Shown: positions 30,699-44,855, counted from the stretch's first letter. The stretch is 64,000 nucleotides of DNA from Azolla caroliniana (GCA_043228905.1 JBHGNT010000005.1:9548001-9612000); one strand, 5' to 3'. Notes: generated by a model not told the origin, from the letters alone. Numbers and translations are program-made.

Positions 30699-33600
30699 CT
30701 CATCACAGGCCGGGTCGGAGTCGGGACGTAGCTTCAGGTTCCAGTCCAGGGGTGTGGAGATCGGTCGGCATTCCGTCATGCCGAATTTGTACATCATATT
30801 CAGCACATAGTGTCTTTGTGAGAGCAATATGCCATCGGGGGTCCAGATCACCTCGATCCCAAGAAAATAATGAAGGTCCCCCAGGTCCTTCATTTCAAAT
30901 GCGTTTGACAACTAGGACTTCGCTCTACCGATTTCATCCAGTCCGGATCCGGTGATGACTAAATCATAAACATATAGCAGGATACAAACCGGACCGTCCG
31001 AACCTTTCCGAATGAACAGTGACGAGTCGGACTTTGAGGCCGCAAACCCCATCTTACACAACTAATGTGTGATTTTCGCATTCCAAGCTCGGGGGGCTTG
31101 CTTCAGACTGTAAAGTGACTTCTTGAGTCGGCATACTGCCGACTTGTTCATCTCCGATTGGAATTCGGGGGGTTGGATCATATAGATCCGTTCTTCAAGG
31201 TCACCTTGAAGAAACACATTCTTCACGTCCATTTGGTGAAGATGTCATCCCCTTGCCGCAACAACAACCAGTACCACACGAACCATCGTCATCTTCGTTA
31301 CCGGATCAAAGGTCTCGTCGTAGTCGATTCCGTGGGTCTGTGTGTATCCCTTTGCCACTAACCGGGCCTTGTACCAGTTGACCGAACCGTCGGCATTGTA
31401 CTTCACCTTATATACCCATTTGCAACCGATCGGTTTACACTATCGGGGAGGGTCAACCAAGTCCCATGTGTCGTTGGCATCAAGTGCATGTATTTCTTCC
31501 TCCATAGCAGCACGCCAATTTGCGTCCTTTGTTGCTTCTGCGTAGCTCTTCAGCTCACGCACTTCCACCACCTTAGTCATATACGCATAGTGATGCGTCG
31601 TGAACTCATTGTATCCATACCTCTAGACGGGGTTCTTCTGGCGGATTGAGCGGCGTAACTTTTTGTTAGCTGGTTTGAGGCCCTTGTTGGCCGGTTCGGA
31701 CTTCCTTTCTGAAGATCTACCTTCTTCCTTTCCGGGGTCAAGTTCGTTCCGATCCAACCCTTCATTACCGGTATCATATTCCGGCATCTTCTTCTTCCCC
31801 TTCTCTTTGTGCGTGAACCGTCTCCTCGGTTCCTTGCGATGGGAGAGCACGGCAAAGTCTCCACTACTCTCTAGTTCTTCATCCGACTGGTCATCCCGAC
31901 TTAGCCGCTCATTCGATCCACTTAGCCGGAATGAGATCGGACTCTCATCTCGAGTACCGAATCCTTCATCTTCTTCTTGAACCTCTCTGGGTTCACTAGC
32001 CTCATCCTCCGGAATCGGGTCTTCGTCGGGAGTTGGAGTCAGTAACATCTCGACTTACTCATACATGTTTAGTCTGGGGGTTATAACACTTATACCCCTT
32101 CAGTTCATGCAAGTAGCCGACGAGTATGCACTTCTCCGATTTCGGATCCAGCTTCCTCCGCTTCTCATCCGATACATGCACATATGCTATGCTACAAAAT
32201 ATCCGAAGGTGTCTCAAATTCGGCTTCTGCCCAAAATACAGCTCATGTGCTAACACCTCATCCCCGATCCGGTTTTGGATGTAGACGGTCTTCTAAACCG
32301 TCTCATCCCAGTAGAATTTGGGCATGCTCTTCCCCTCCTGCATTGCCCTTGGCGCGTCGACAATCGACCGGTTCTTTCTTTCGGCCACACCGTTTTGTTC
32401 CGGTGTATATCGGCAGTAGAATTCTCTCTGAATTCCTTTTTGCCGCAAATAATTGTTGAATTGGCCGAAAAGGTATTCTTTTCCGCCATCCGACCACGGG
32501 CACTTTATCTTCCTCTCTGTTTCCCTTTCGACTAAGCTTTGAAGGTTCCGAAAACAGTCGAAGACTTCGCTTTTCTTTTTGATGAGGTAGATCCACATGT
32601 GCCGGCTGTAATCATCGATGAAGGAGACGAAATACCGACTCCCTCCAAGACTAACGTTTTGTGTTGGTCCCCATACATCCAAATGGATTAGATCGAGCTT
32701 GTTACGGCTTTGGTTTCGTTCAGTGGGGAATGGAAGCCGGTGTTGCTTCCCGAGTTGGCAGGCTTCACATATTTGGGCCTCCGGCCAATAAACTTCGGCA
32801 ATCCGAACACAACTTGTTTCGATTGCAGATCTTGAAGCCTCTAGTAGTTGACGTGGCCAATCCGCTTATGCCAAAGATCGATGTCTGATTCAATCTTCTG
32901 TCCTTTGGCAAACGTGTCGATGCCGATGTCATTTGTGTTGAGGATGAACATCCTTCCTTCCCTGCACCCTTGTATGATTATCCAACCTCTTCCTCGATGA
33001 AGCACCTGAGGTGCATAAACCGCACATGCATTCCCTGGTCGACAATTTGTTCGACCGACACCAGGTTCTTTGTGATTGTCGGAATGTGTAGTAACTTCAT
33101 CAACTCTCCCTTTTGTCCAACATGGCTTAAAGGGACTTCTCCGACATGCACAATCGGTTGAGGGGTGTCATCTCCGGTTTCGACAATTCTCGTTTGTTCC
33201 GGTTTTCTCCAAAAACGAGAACCACTCTTCGTGGCTTGTCATGTGGTTTGACGCTCCGAAATCAACATACCATAATTCCTCCGATCTGGAAGTGGTCTTC
33301 TTCATCGAGTTCGCCTTGTGCTTCATCACGAAGGTTGGCCCTTTTCCGGTCTTCCTGGTTCTGAATCCTTCCGATCCTTCTACATAGTGTGAGCTTTGTC
33401 GGTTCCCTTGTCCGGCCTTGCCGAATCCGGATTTATCCGGATCGGCACGCTTCTTCCAGCACTCGCTCTCTCTGTGGCCATTCTTGCCACAATACAAACA
33501 TTCTGTGTCAGTTTTCGACTGCCGGTTTCTGGCACCGACTTGACTCCCCCTGCTTGTGGAGGGTCCGAAACTGTTGTCGACACCGTCTCTATGCCTTTAG

Positions 33601-34835
33601 TTCTGCTCTTGCCGGCCGCCTCCATTGTGTGCCGACCCACCTCGTCCTCCACGTCCACGGGGGTCGATCCGCCTCCGTGTACAGCATCCGGCTGTCGGAT
33701 TGAGTGGTCCTCGACCCACTCGCCTGGTTTTCTTCGACCATCAACATGGATTGTAAGTTGAAGAAGGACGATGGCTTCTCCCGAGTGCAAATAGCCGTCT
33801 GGATTGGCCTTCACCGTTGTGCTAGACCACCAAGACAGATCTAGACCATCTTTTCTTCTTCCACTGTTACATCGATGGATCCGAGTGCATCGCAAAACTC
33901 CTTAATCTTGGTGGTGTAGTCAGTAACCGACATATCTCTCTGCCGGATGTTGTTCAACTCTTGCCGGAGCTGCAACTTACGAGTTGTGGTACTTGCAGCG
34001 AAAATCTTCTGTAGATTTTCCCAGGGCTCCTTTGGCATTTTTGCATCCTTGATGTAGTTGAGCATCTGATCATGCACAACGGACGCGACGCATTACAATA
34101 CTCGGCTCGCTCCATGCTTCCATGCCGGGAAGTCTTTGAGTGCCGGCTCCAATGCCACCTCGTTGGTTCCTTCCACATAGCTCCAATATCCATGCCCCAG
34201 CAGGTACTGGTGCATTTTATATAACCAGGATGCATAGTTGCTCCGGTCGAGCTTTTCTGTGGGAAGCAAACTTGCCATACCTCTGTCAATTTCAGTTCTC
34301 TACTGCTCTTCACCGGGTGTTAGGGTTTGTCTTCGAAAGCGTTTGTCGGCTACAGAGGAGTCTCAACCCTCGCACTCAAATACCATGTGAAAGTTAGTGT
34401 GCGGAAGCTTGACAAAACCGGATTAGCCGGGCAGCAACAGAGAATAGAAAACACTGGTTCAATGGAAGCTTGAGAATATTTAGCATACACGGGAGAGACA
34501 GAGGGAGAGCATAACATAAAACTCTATACTAAAATAATAATCCTCTATGTGTACATAGAATGTGCTCAGAGAGCACTTTTATACAAGTCCATAAAGGACT
34601 AATAGAAGTATTGGCAAGTACTTCAATGCTCATACGAGCGACTGACACTGACTCCCAAAAATATGCCTACGTACTAGGCTCGATCCGTAGGCCTCTAATG
34701 GCCTACCGATTTCAATCCGATCCGGCTCCTGGTTCCGGATATCATCCGGACACCGATTTGGTTCTCCTTCCAAATACCGATCCGGCTCTAGCTTATTCAA
34801 CCGATTCGGAACCGATTGAGCTTGCTCGCTCAACA
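30699..34835 (-). mobile_element. Copia B, 5' LTR (34386-34835) + degenerate gag-PR-INT-RT, interrupted by Copia A
   Basis: MASLLPTEKLDRSNYASW, CGKNGHRESECW, DVWGP, EQNGVAERKNR, MKDLGDLHYFLGIE. Degenerate PBS before 34386. Related to Copia F and G. Confidence 0.88.
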
Positions 34836-36261
34836 TCTTCCCTCTTTTTTCATATTTTGCTTTTTATAACATTTAGCTTGTGTATGGCCTGGTTTTCCAC
34901 AATACCAACAGCCATCATCATTCAAATAAGTTTGATTACCTCTACCTTGATTGCTCCCCCTACCTCTGATGTTGTTTCTTCCACTAATAGTTTGTTGTCC
35001 TCTTCCTTGATAATTATTGTTGGTTCTAGTTGAGCCAAATCTTCCATGGCCTCTTCCTCGGCCTCTTCCAACACTATTGTAGAGAGCTTGCCCCTCAGTT
35101 TTAGAGTTTCCTTTGTTTGTATCTTCCATCTGATTTCTTTCTTCCACTACAAGCATTGAAACCAAATCTGCAAAACTTGGGATGCTATCCCTTGTGAGAA
35201 TAGATGTTTTGAAGCTTTTATATTGAGGTCCTAAGCTTCTTAAGCATATTTCCACCTTATCAGCATCTTCTACCTTCACATTATTAGAAGCAAGTGACTC
35301 ACATATACTCTTTATTTTCAGAGCATACTCATTAACTGACATCTTACCTTTTTCCAAGGTATTTAGTTCAGTCTTCAACTAAAGCTTTCTAGCCTTTGTG
35401 TTTACTGCAAATAGTTTCACCAAACTGTCCCAAGCTTCTTTTGGAAGTAAGGCATCTTGTATATGTCCAAGCATCGAATCTCATATGCTAAGTGATAGCC
35501 AATGCAATACCTTTCTTGCCCCTTGATTCCAGTCTTTAAATGCTTTGATTTGTGCAATGGTTGCATTTTCTTCGGGGATCTCTAGAGCCTCTTCTAGGTC
35601 TCCTTCAATATAATCCCAATATCCTTTTCCCATCAGGAAATTTGTCATTCTAAATTTCCACACAGGGAAATTGTTTTTATCCAATTTTCCTGTGACTATT
35701 TGGCTTTCATTTTCAACAGCCATCTCTCTTTCAATTTAGGGCTTTAGCTACGATTTACTTCAACAAGCAACTCTCTCTAATTCAGATCAGCAAATAGAGA
35801 AATCTTCTTAGATCTGTATTGTTCTTCTTTATGAGCAACTCTGCTCTAATGCCATGTTACGAAAGTGCTACGGCTCTTCTTAGTGCACAACGGATCATGA
35901 TGTGTTGGATCGTTAGTGTGTTCAAGAGAGAAAGAAAAGGGGGGAAGAAGACTCACCTCAGTGGTAGCCCAAAATTGTTCTGTTTCATTACACAAAGAAA
36001 CCTCTCTTGTCTGTTTTCTGTTTCTCTTCTTACTTCACTCTCTTACTACTCTTACTTTTTTACCTAAGTATATAAGTGACTTACATATTCAGCTAATTAG
36101 ATGTGAGTAGCTAAATAGCTGCGAGTAGCTAAAATAGTTGTGAATAGCTAAATAGTTGTTTTACCTATATGTTGAATAGTGGCTAATTTCCAAATAGCTA
36201 CTATAGAAGATCTGAGTTACCAATAAGCATCACATGCTTTTGTTGAGCTCATTTCTTAATA
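34836..36261 (-). mobile_element. Copia E, 5' LTR (~35855-36261) + gag, interrupted by Copia B
   Basis: gag (KLDKNNFPVWKFRM.., CWYCGKPGHTQAKC) and a degenerate PBS TGGCATTAGAGC ending at 35854. The outer LTR end is inferred from the family terminal motif. Confidence 0.75.
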
Positions 36262-36475
36262 GCCTCTGAGTCTCCTTATTGTATTCCTCTTTCTATTAGT
36301 GATTTGGTTCAAAGTATGTGGGCTCTCGTGGTTTTTCCCAATTCGGGTTTTCCACGTAAAATATCTTGTGTCTTTGTACTTCCTATTTTTCTGTTTGTCT
36401 GCATATTGGCATTCTCGATCTTTGCACCCGCATACGTAGATGTGACAACCGGTTGTGGCCGGTCAATTCTCAACA
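36262..36475 (+). mobile_element. 3' part of an older LTR related to the Copia C/D LTRs
   Basis: Shares CTC.CGTGGTTTTTCCC..GGGTTTTCCACGTAAAA and CGGTTGTGGCCG..CAACA with the C/D LTRs. No PBS follows. Confidence 0.65.
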
Positions 36476-39400
36476 AAATATTGGGTCGCATGATTGTACA
36501 TTGAAGGTTGAGTGCAATAATATCTTGGTTTAAGTTAAATTCCTATTGTAAGAATGGAGGATTTTCAATTATTATAATTTTTTCAAAATGATCTAAACTT
36601 GTGATGCACTTAAATCCCATTTATACATATTATGGATCTAGAGATATTAGGTGTTAACATTTAAATCCCAACTAGAATTAAGTTGTACCATATCCATGTG
36701 CCAAGCACTACAACACATACTAATATTACATTGAAATTTGAAGTCATCAAATGAGTGTGAACGATATTTATTTTATATATGCATAAGTCAATTCACATTT
36801 TTTTCATCAATTCTAGAAGGTAAAACCAACATGAATATGTTTGGAAATTTGCCCCCCCCCCCCTCCCCGAAGAATGAATGCATGTATCAATATTTGTCTT
36901 TTACTGTATTGGTAGGGTCATGTTTTGGGTTTTGTCCTACGAGTTACAATGGTGAACCTATGTGGGAAAGAGAATGATGAATAATACTATTAATAAGTAT
37001 GAGGAACAATATTACTTGTTTGGTGAATTTGAGGATGGCTAAGTATCAAAAATTATGACTAGACTTCTGTGTGGATTACCCAACAATACACCAACCATTC
37101 ATGAAAAAGGAATATATTGTCTCCTCTATTCACATGTACCAAAGTTACCAACAACAACTTGTTCATGCCTCCCACGTTCATCAATGTCATCTCCACCTCT
37201 ACACTCAATCGTAGATGTATATACATTAGTTATGTCCGAAGGAAAGTGCCATTGTTTGATACATCTCTTTTTCTTAGTTTAAATTAAGGCTCAATATTTT
37301 TCCTTAGTTTACTATTCAAACATCTCAATAGTGAATTCAACCAAAATGATGAGTGTACTTTTCCCTCGCCCCATCTACCATGTACATATTTTAGAGTAAT
37401 GTGAAGTAGTCTCTTGGTGGTATTCACTTAGTGGAAAGAACGTGGTTCCTGAAAATATTTATATGAAAAGCACACTATTTGCTCAACATGGTTTTTGTAA
37501 AAGCACGACTCATATATGTGTATATATATTTATATTTACCCTTCAAAAGGCATCCGGGAGGTTGTCCTCATTTGATCACGCTTCAAAGCACTCTAAAAGG
37601 TCCATTTTTTTATCTTGGATGTTTTATTGATTCTAGATGCCCATTCTTCTATTGCTTGTACACAAACTCTAAAGAAACTTTTAAAAAGCCAATAACATAT
37701 TTGAATCCAAATAAATAAATCGTTTCCAAGTTGCTTACGTAATATTCGGTCAAGTCTAAAAAACGTGAACATGTTGACAAACCTTCAATATCGTACATTG
37801 TGGCTTATATGGTCTAGGCTTATCATGTCGATAATTCTTTCATTTTTTGACGTCGTTTCTTTTATGTGATAGCGAAAATCAAGACACTTATTAACTTCAT
37901 TGGGATATGATTTAGTCAACTTCATGGCTTTAATGCAATCAATGAAACCCGAATGTACATTTACATTAACTTTCTTAGTTTTCTTTAGGGACATCCATAA
38001 CGCGCACATTAACACTTTGGTTGAAACAATAACATATAATGATTTCATATAGATTTTGTGTACATGTGTGTGGCTTCAACAATAACCATTTGAATATGAT
38101 AGGCAATCAAAATTACGTGTTATATAATCATCAACCATTACATTTGGTACATTGTTGTAACTTTATCAAAGAAATAAATCCTCTTAAATGCACATACAAT
38201 TCATGTGACACGGCCATTTGATTTATTTCACTAAAGGTTAATGATTTAACCAATTACATGCATTGTCCTGAACTTTCAATCTTGTTGGGGAACGATAAAT
38301 TTGCAAAATTAGCGCAAGTAAAGTTGTTTCCATTTATGTGGCACTACCACCATGGTTGCATTTATCAAATGTTAGGCAAATGAGTCAAATGCAATGATCC
38401 TCGGTATCATTGCAAGTTAAAAAATGCTCAAGTTGATATGTGTGTGTTATTTGTAATCAGCCAAGTGAATGTTGTAATATTTCCATGCAAGGTTCGTCAT
38501 TGGTCTCATGTGTCTATGTCAACTGCAAGGAAACATATTAAAACAAGTTTGAAGTCTACATTCTCACCATGTGACCAAATATCTCAACTTGTCACTTGAT
38601 AGATGTGCAAAGTTCATATTGGTTGCTGGATTGTATGGATCCAACATCAAACTATAAAGGATAGTCATCATGACCATATTGAAGGAAGGTCAAATAATGA
38701 GATGATTCACTAAAATGGTGGATTGTATTGGTAGAGCGAAAAAAGGCAAGGCAACAATTAGTAGTCGAAAATCTCAAGCAATTTGATATGCATTCAATAT
38801 CTACATTGAATCAAGATCTTTTGTTTGTTTTGGAAGGTGTTATATAAATATTGTGATTTTTGTGGATATTGGTAAATCAAAGTAGGAGCTTATTACGAGG
38901 AGAAAAATGTATTAGAATTTAGGACCTAAACTAAATTTTCTTCATTTGACAATGCATGTATACATAAAAACATAGACACAAAATGTAAAAGAATTCTCCA
39001 ACCTCATGCGATCTTCATCATTGTTCTTTTTTTTGGAAAAAATAAAAACAAAAATGTAAAAGAATTGTCCTTTATAAAAACATAAGAGATTTCACACAAT
39101 GGAAATACGGTGCAAGGGTAAAGATTGTGATTTTTACCATTTCAATATGTGTAAACTCTCTTTAGTTTGACATCACATGCACTAATAATTTGCTATTACA
39201 GGGGAGGGGTTTACAAATCTAGCTTCTACGACGAAAGGTTGAAAACGATAACATTGCCTTAAAGATAAGAAATGGTTACATCTTAGCGAGGGCAATCAAC
39301 CCTTTGCTGGCGCCACTCTAAAATATATGTTCACTTACAAATAAATTATAATATTTTTTGTATTTCATCATGCTCATTTTTGAAATTGCCAACATTGATG

Positions 39401-40053
39401 ATGACCATATATTGGGGAATGTCGGCATGATCACATATCGAAGTCGTTCTACCCATGCATTCAAAAGGTCATGGCAAAAAATAAAAAATCGTACTGAATA
39501 ATAAGTTCCCATGTTTACTTTTGATTGTCCATATTAGTCGTAAAATCAACTAGAAGAAAGCATATGAGTCTCCATGCTTTGTTTTCAGATAGACTGTACG
39601 ACAGTTTCACCTAACAACGTATCGACGTTGACAACATTTCGATAACTTTGCCATGAAACATGAGAAAAAACAAAACTCACTTACGGAATGCAGACAAACA
39701 AAGAAAAAGACATTTTACGTGATGTATTTATTGCGCATTGCGGATGAAGAAGTTTCCCACAGTCAAGCTCGGCATCTGCGGACACATACACATGACACGA
39801 GACAAAAGACACGAGCACATGCACAACAGTACAATTGTGTATAGTCACGAGAAGTTGTTACCAGCAATCAGAAAATGTGAAGCCGGATATGGACACGAAC
39901 ACGAGCAAACCTACCAATCTCAAGAGCGCGATAGAGGAATTCCCGGAGGCACAAAGGCATAAGGAGAGGAAGTCAGATGCGGACGAGACCACGACACGAG
40001 CCGATGATCGGGTTTAGGCGGGCCCCGCCCACAAATCACCCATCTATCCATAG

Positions 40054-40055
<2 letters not shown>

Positions 40056-40093
<38 letters not shown>

Positions 40094-40169
40094 TGTGTGT
40101 CTCAAATTTGTCCTTATCCGAGATGGGGCCCTCCCCTGCCCAGCAAAGTACATACATACACACAGAAAC

Positions 40170-40201
<32 letters not shown>

Positions 40202-40400
40202 CTTTTTTGGAAATAACAAAAACTGAAGGGAGACACAGAGAGAGAAGGAAGAAAGCAGCAGATTTCTTCTTCTTCTTCTTCTTCTTCTTCTTCTTCTTCA
40301 TTTGCCTCCTCTGCATATTATCTCCTCCTATCCATCCCATGATGCATTTTCCATAAACCAAATACGCGCTCTCCTGTCTTCTTCTTCTTCTTCTTCGTCT
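40056..40400. repeat. Cluster of (CT)n, (GA)n and (CTT)n microsatellites in the SurE promoter/5'UTR
   Basis: Directly visible. Confidence 0.9.
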
Positions 40401-40441
40401 CCTAATTTTTTTTTCCGTTCCTGTTTAATCTCTCTTCATAT

Positions 40442-43400
40442 ATGGACATGGATTCATCACAAGAAGAGGAGACGACGACGACGACGACGACGACGAAGAA
40501 GAAGAAGAGCTATGGAAGTTCCCCTGCGTTTCTCACCAATCTGAAGCGGGCTCTGCAGAGCAGAAACGGAGAGATTGAAGAAGAAAGTGAAATGGAGAGG
40601 GCAGAGAAAGTTAGTGGCTCTTTCGAGATCGAGAGAGGTGATCCCGATAGTCGGCCTGTTGTGCTGCTTACGAACGAAGAGGGAATCCAAGCTTTGGGAC
40701 TTAGAGCTATGGTGGAAGCCCTAATTTCCGAGGGCCTTTACAATGTCTATGTTTGCACCCCTGATTGGTAAGTTGCAACGTAAACAAATGTATATATGTA
40801 TATTATGCTATATTATGTGTGTATGTATGAATATACATGTGTTTGTTTGTATCTATACGTGTATTTGTTTATCCCCTCTTCTTAACTATTACACTTCCAC
40901 TGTTTCTCATATATCTGTGTAGATTTGAAACTTTAGGCATGCCTAAGAATGATTGAAAAGAAGTCTAGGGATAATTTTTGTAATGCTTTCCCTTTGGGAA
41001 TCATCATTGTTTTCTTGGAAAAAGCATGAAACTGGCAGCTGATTAGATCAAGCCACGAGTAGTGTTTTGTGTTGGCATGATACTGTGATAAAAATGTTGA
41101 TTTGAAACTTTTGGCATGTCTAAACATGATGGAAACATCCTGAAACCAACCTAAGAAGCATTCAAGCAATGGTTTTCTATAAGGATTCATCATTGCTTTG
41201 TTGAAGAAGTTGGTTTTGGCTAGAAATTAAATCAAGCTGGGAGTATGTTGCCCTCATGCAATTTATAGCCTCTGGCATAAACCTCTTGTCTCATCATTGC
41301 ATTTATGTGTCTTCATAAATGCGATGACAATTGTGTCTTAATGAATTCTGGCATAGCAAGTAAAGACTTGTAAGACATTATACATGTTCTACTACGAAAC
41401 TCCAAATATTTTGTGTGGACTAATCCTGAGAAAGATGTCATTAAAACCGACTTAAGATGCAAGGTGCTAGACATGTTATTTTTTCTTGTTTGCTCTTCAA
41501 CTGGATTCTTCAATTTGTGGGAGTGAGAGGTATATGAAACCCAAACAATGATTACAATATGAAATACATAAAATTGAAAGTTTCAAACTCAGTTAAGACA
41601 CATATATAGAAAAAGCTATCAACTTAATGAAGACCTTTTACCAGATTCAAGATGCAAGGTTCACGCTTTTCTCATCATCAATGGGATGTTTGTTTGGAAG
41701 TTGAGGGTCTATTACATCAAGATTTTATTCCAATCTGTCTGTCTGTTCTATCTGTCTCTCCATTTGTTAATAAATAGAACCTTCAAAACCATGTCGAATA
41801 ACACTAGTTTTAATGGCATCTGGACTGTTACAACAGCCTATCCCAAATTCATTCCTAATCATGTAGGATTCCTATTATAAAAACATCCCTATCCTTGTAA
41901 GTTTGGCCTTATGAATGTTTTGTTCAATAATCTATCTCAAGTATAAGATAGGCATTCTTCTGTAGCCCATCTTTCACATAATTATATATTAAATAACGAG
42001 GTTTTCTCAACAGTTTTATGTTAACAAATGGCTCAACAATAGCCCTAGATATTTATTTATTTTTGCATTGCAAATATTTTTCAGTGAATATTCTAGGATG
42101 GATCATGCCATATCACCACGGAAGGTTCTAGAAGTAACTCCAGTCAATATTGATGGTGCTATTGCCTATGAAGTTTCAGGCAAGAAAGCTTCAATTGACT
42201 TGAAATCTTTTCCTATTTTCTCTGTGAGTTTTATTTAAAACCAGTCTAAATGTCGCACAGGTACACCTGCTGAATGCATATCACTTAGCTTATCAGGGGT
42301 TTTGTTCCATAAGATGCCAAGTCTGGTACACACTAATTATTGTTAACTTTGTTAACTGTCTATACAGGATTGATTAGGATAAAAATGTGATTGATTTTAT
42401 GATAGGATTTTGTTCAGATGTCAAAATCTAAACAGTTGGTCATCTGAGAGTAGAATATCAAAATGGTGGTTGACTTTGGTTTCTGCTATACTGTTAAGTG
42501 TGTCATAGTCACTGTATCTTTCTTTGTCTGAATGGTAGGTTTATATAGTTATTAACCTTCTTATATTGTATGTAAAATGCTGAGAATCAAATTAAGAATA
42601 TACTGTGATTGGATGTGTTTTTCCTTCTGTACCCATTACTGATACTAACAAATAATTAATGCTACAGGTCATAAGTGGAATAAACAAGGGCTCCAATTGT
42701 GGATATCATATGTAATATACATACTGATCCGTTTGCCAATTTTTTCTGCCATTTTGTTTAAGAACTTGTTTTGTGGGTTAAATTGTAGAACTTGGCATTG
42801 TTAGTTCTTCATTACCAATGTATCTTATTATTAGGAATAAACAGCGAACTTAATGCTGCCTTCATTAGTTTAACATCTATTTTTGTATTTGAATTTGTGA
42901 TATTTTGTAAACTTTTTATTTGATCATTTATATACATTTGACTTGAAAAAAAATAAATCATGGAAAACTGCAAAACATTTTGATGAGATCCTCAAGAAAA
43001 GTTACTTTCTGAGTTTGATAAAAACTGGAGATTGGTTTCTTATTGTTATCTTGTGCAAATTCTGATAGTGGTTTGTTCTGTTGCAGATTTTCTTCCGGAA
43101 CAATTGCAGGAGCTCGTGAAGCATCTATTTCTGGTGTGCCTTCACTTGCACTTTCCCTTGATTGGTATGTATAGGGCCTAACAACATTTGCTTAGATCAA
43201 GTGATGTTTTCTTGCAGCATTCTGGTGCATATTTTCTCAGTCGCTATTAATTTCTCTAGAGAAATTACCGAAATAGAGTCCATGCAAGTTTTGTGCCCAT
43301 GAAACATTATCTGAACCTTTCAGGAAGGATGAAAAAAGCCAAGAAAAAGATTTCATTACAGCATCTGTACTCTGCTTGCCATTTATCCACGCTGCCATGA

Positions 43401-44855
43401 ATAAGAGTAAAAATCGATCCTTACCTCGGGGGGCTTTTGTTAACATAAACATACCAACAGATCCATCAGAAAATAAGGTTGGTAACTCTGTTTTATTTGC
43501 AATTGAAACTCTATGATAACCGTTCTGAAAAAGGCAGTGGGTGGATGCATTTATTAGGGTTTCAGGATAACGAAACAGGGTACATCAAGATCAGAAACAA
43601 AGTGGCAAATTGCCACTCGAGGGTATTGTAAAAGAACTGGCATTGGCCTTCGTGTTGCACAACTTGGCTTAGCAGCCTCTGCAGTGGTGAGTATCCGTGT
43701 TTCAAAAGTTATTTTTATTCAGATAAAGGAATCTGTAACTAAATATGGCTATATATACGTTGTTTTTTATGAGCTGAGAAATCTGTAACTAAAGTTGACT
43801 ATATATATGTTGTTTTGAAACAATAATTATGGAATTTGTTTTCTCTAATGAAAAAAATCTGATTTGGTGATTTGTTCGCATAGGGAGCTGCTCGTTTGGC
43901 AAATTCCCCTCTGAAGAACATAGAAGTTGAGTCTGTGGCTGGTCCTGGAACTTCTTCCTTATCTTCAAATGGGAGGCAAAAAGTGAACTATGAGCGTGAG
44001 GTATGGCCGAAATTCTGACACGGGTCTTCTGAAAATCTTAGTTTGTTTGAACAATCACGTTTCATACTTAGTAAGATTATTCTATTCAATTCTATTATTT
44101 ACTCATCTAGAGCTCAAAACCAGGGTGTTATTTTCAGCCATCAGATCTCTACAATAAGAGGAGGAAAATAACTCAATTTGTTCAGAGATGAAAGGGAAAT
44201 CTTATGTTAAAAAAACATTGAAGAAAGTAGTAGGTCAAAACTAAGTTCTTCATGATTTGTTCTGTAGCTGAAGAAAGGGTTAAGAGTAAACCTCCACACT
44301 TTGTAGAACCAACTTAACTCATACAAGCATTACTGTTTCTACAAAGTAGCTCGGGGTTAGCATGATCAAGGATCATAAGTTTTTAGAGATCCCGACGTAA
44401 TATGGGTATCTTCTAAAAGCTCTTTATGAGTAGAAATAAAAAACAGTATCCACTTCTTAATTGAGTTCTCTCCCTATACACTAAAATATATCTTAAGCAA
44501 CTTTTTTATTTAAACAAATGAAAGCATTTTCTTGAGCAACATGTTCATTAAAACATGGATTATATTATGATAAAGACTGAAAGTGATTAACCAAGTGTTA
44601 ATCACGCAGCTCATTGGAGTAATAACTGGGGAGGCAGAGAATACTTACGACTTTGGAGCTCTTCAGGAAGGCTATGTATGTAATCTAGAAGGCTATGGAT
44701 GATATTAGAAAAAGAAAAGAAAAACCTAAAATTCGTATGATTCCTTGCAGGTAACTGTAACACCATTGGGATCTTTCAACTTGGATTCTGACATCTGGAA
44801 GCATGTGTCTGATTGGATAGTTCCTCTCGATCTTCCCTTGGGTGTAAAAATGTAG
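40442..44855 (+). CDS. surE: SurE-like 5'/3'-nucleotidase family protein, 10 exons
   Basis: Exons 40442-40767, 42085-42179, 42261-42325, 42668-42711, 43087-43164, 43324-43477, 43558-43686, 43884-44000, 44610-44675 and 44751-44855 splice in frame. Motifs: VLLTNEEGI, GTPAEC, VISGINKGSNCG, SGTIAGAREA, NINIP, GYVTVTPL. Confidence 0.9.

Noticed and set aside
37785-38048. NEVNKCLDFRY faintly resembles a Helitron Rep motif
   Set aside because: It is a single weak motif with no supporting Rep or helicase motifs nearby.
39390-39500. TGATGA...CTGA as a C/D box snoRNA
   Set aside because: There is no terminal stem or recognisable rRNA guide, and such boxes are expected by chance in AT-rich DNA.
39920-40544. 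ORFs with poly-K, poly-F, poly-R or ER repeats
   Set aside because: They are translations of microsatellites; the same applies to the HT/CV repeats at 29409-29670.
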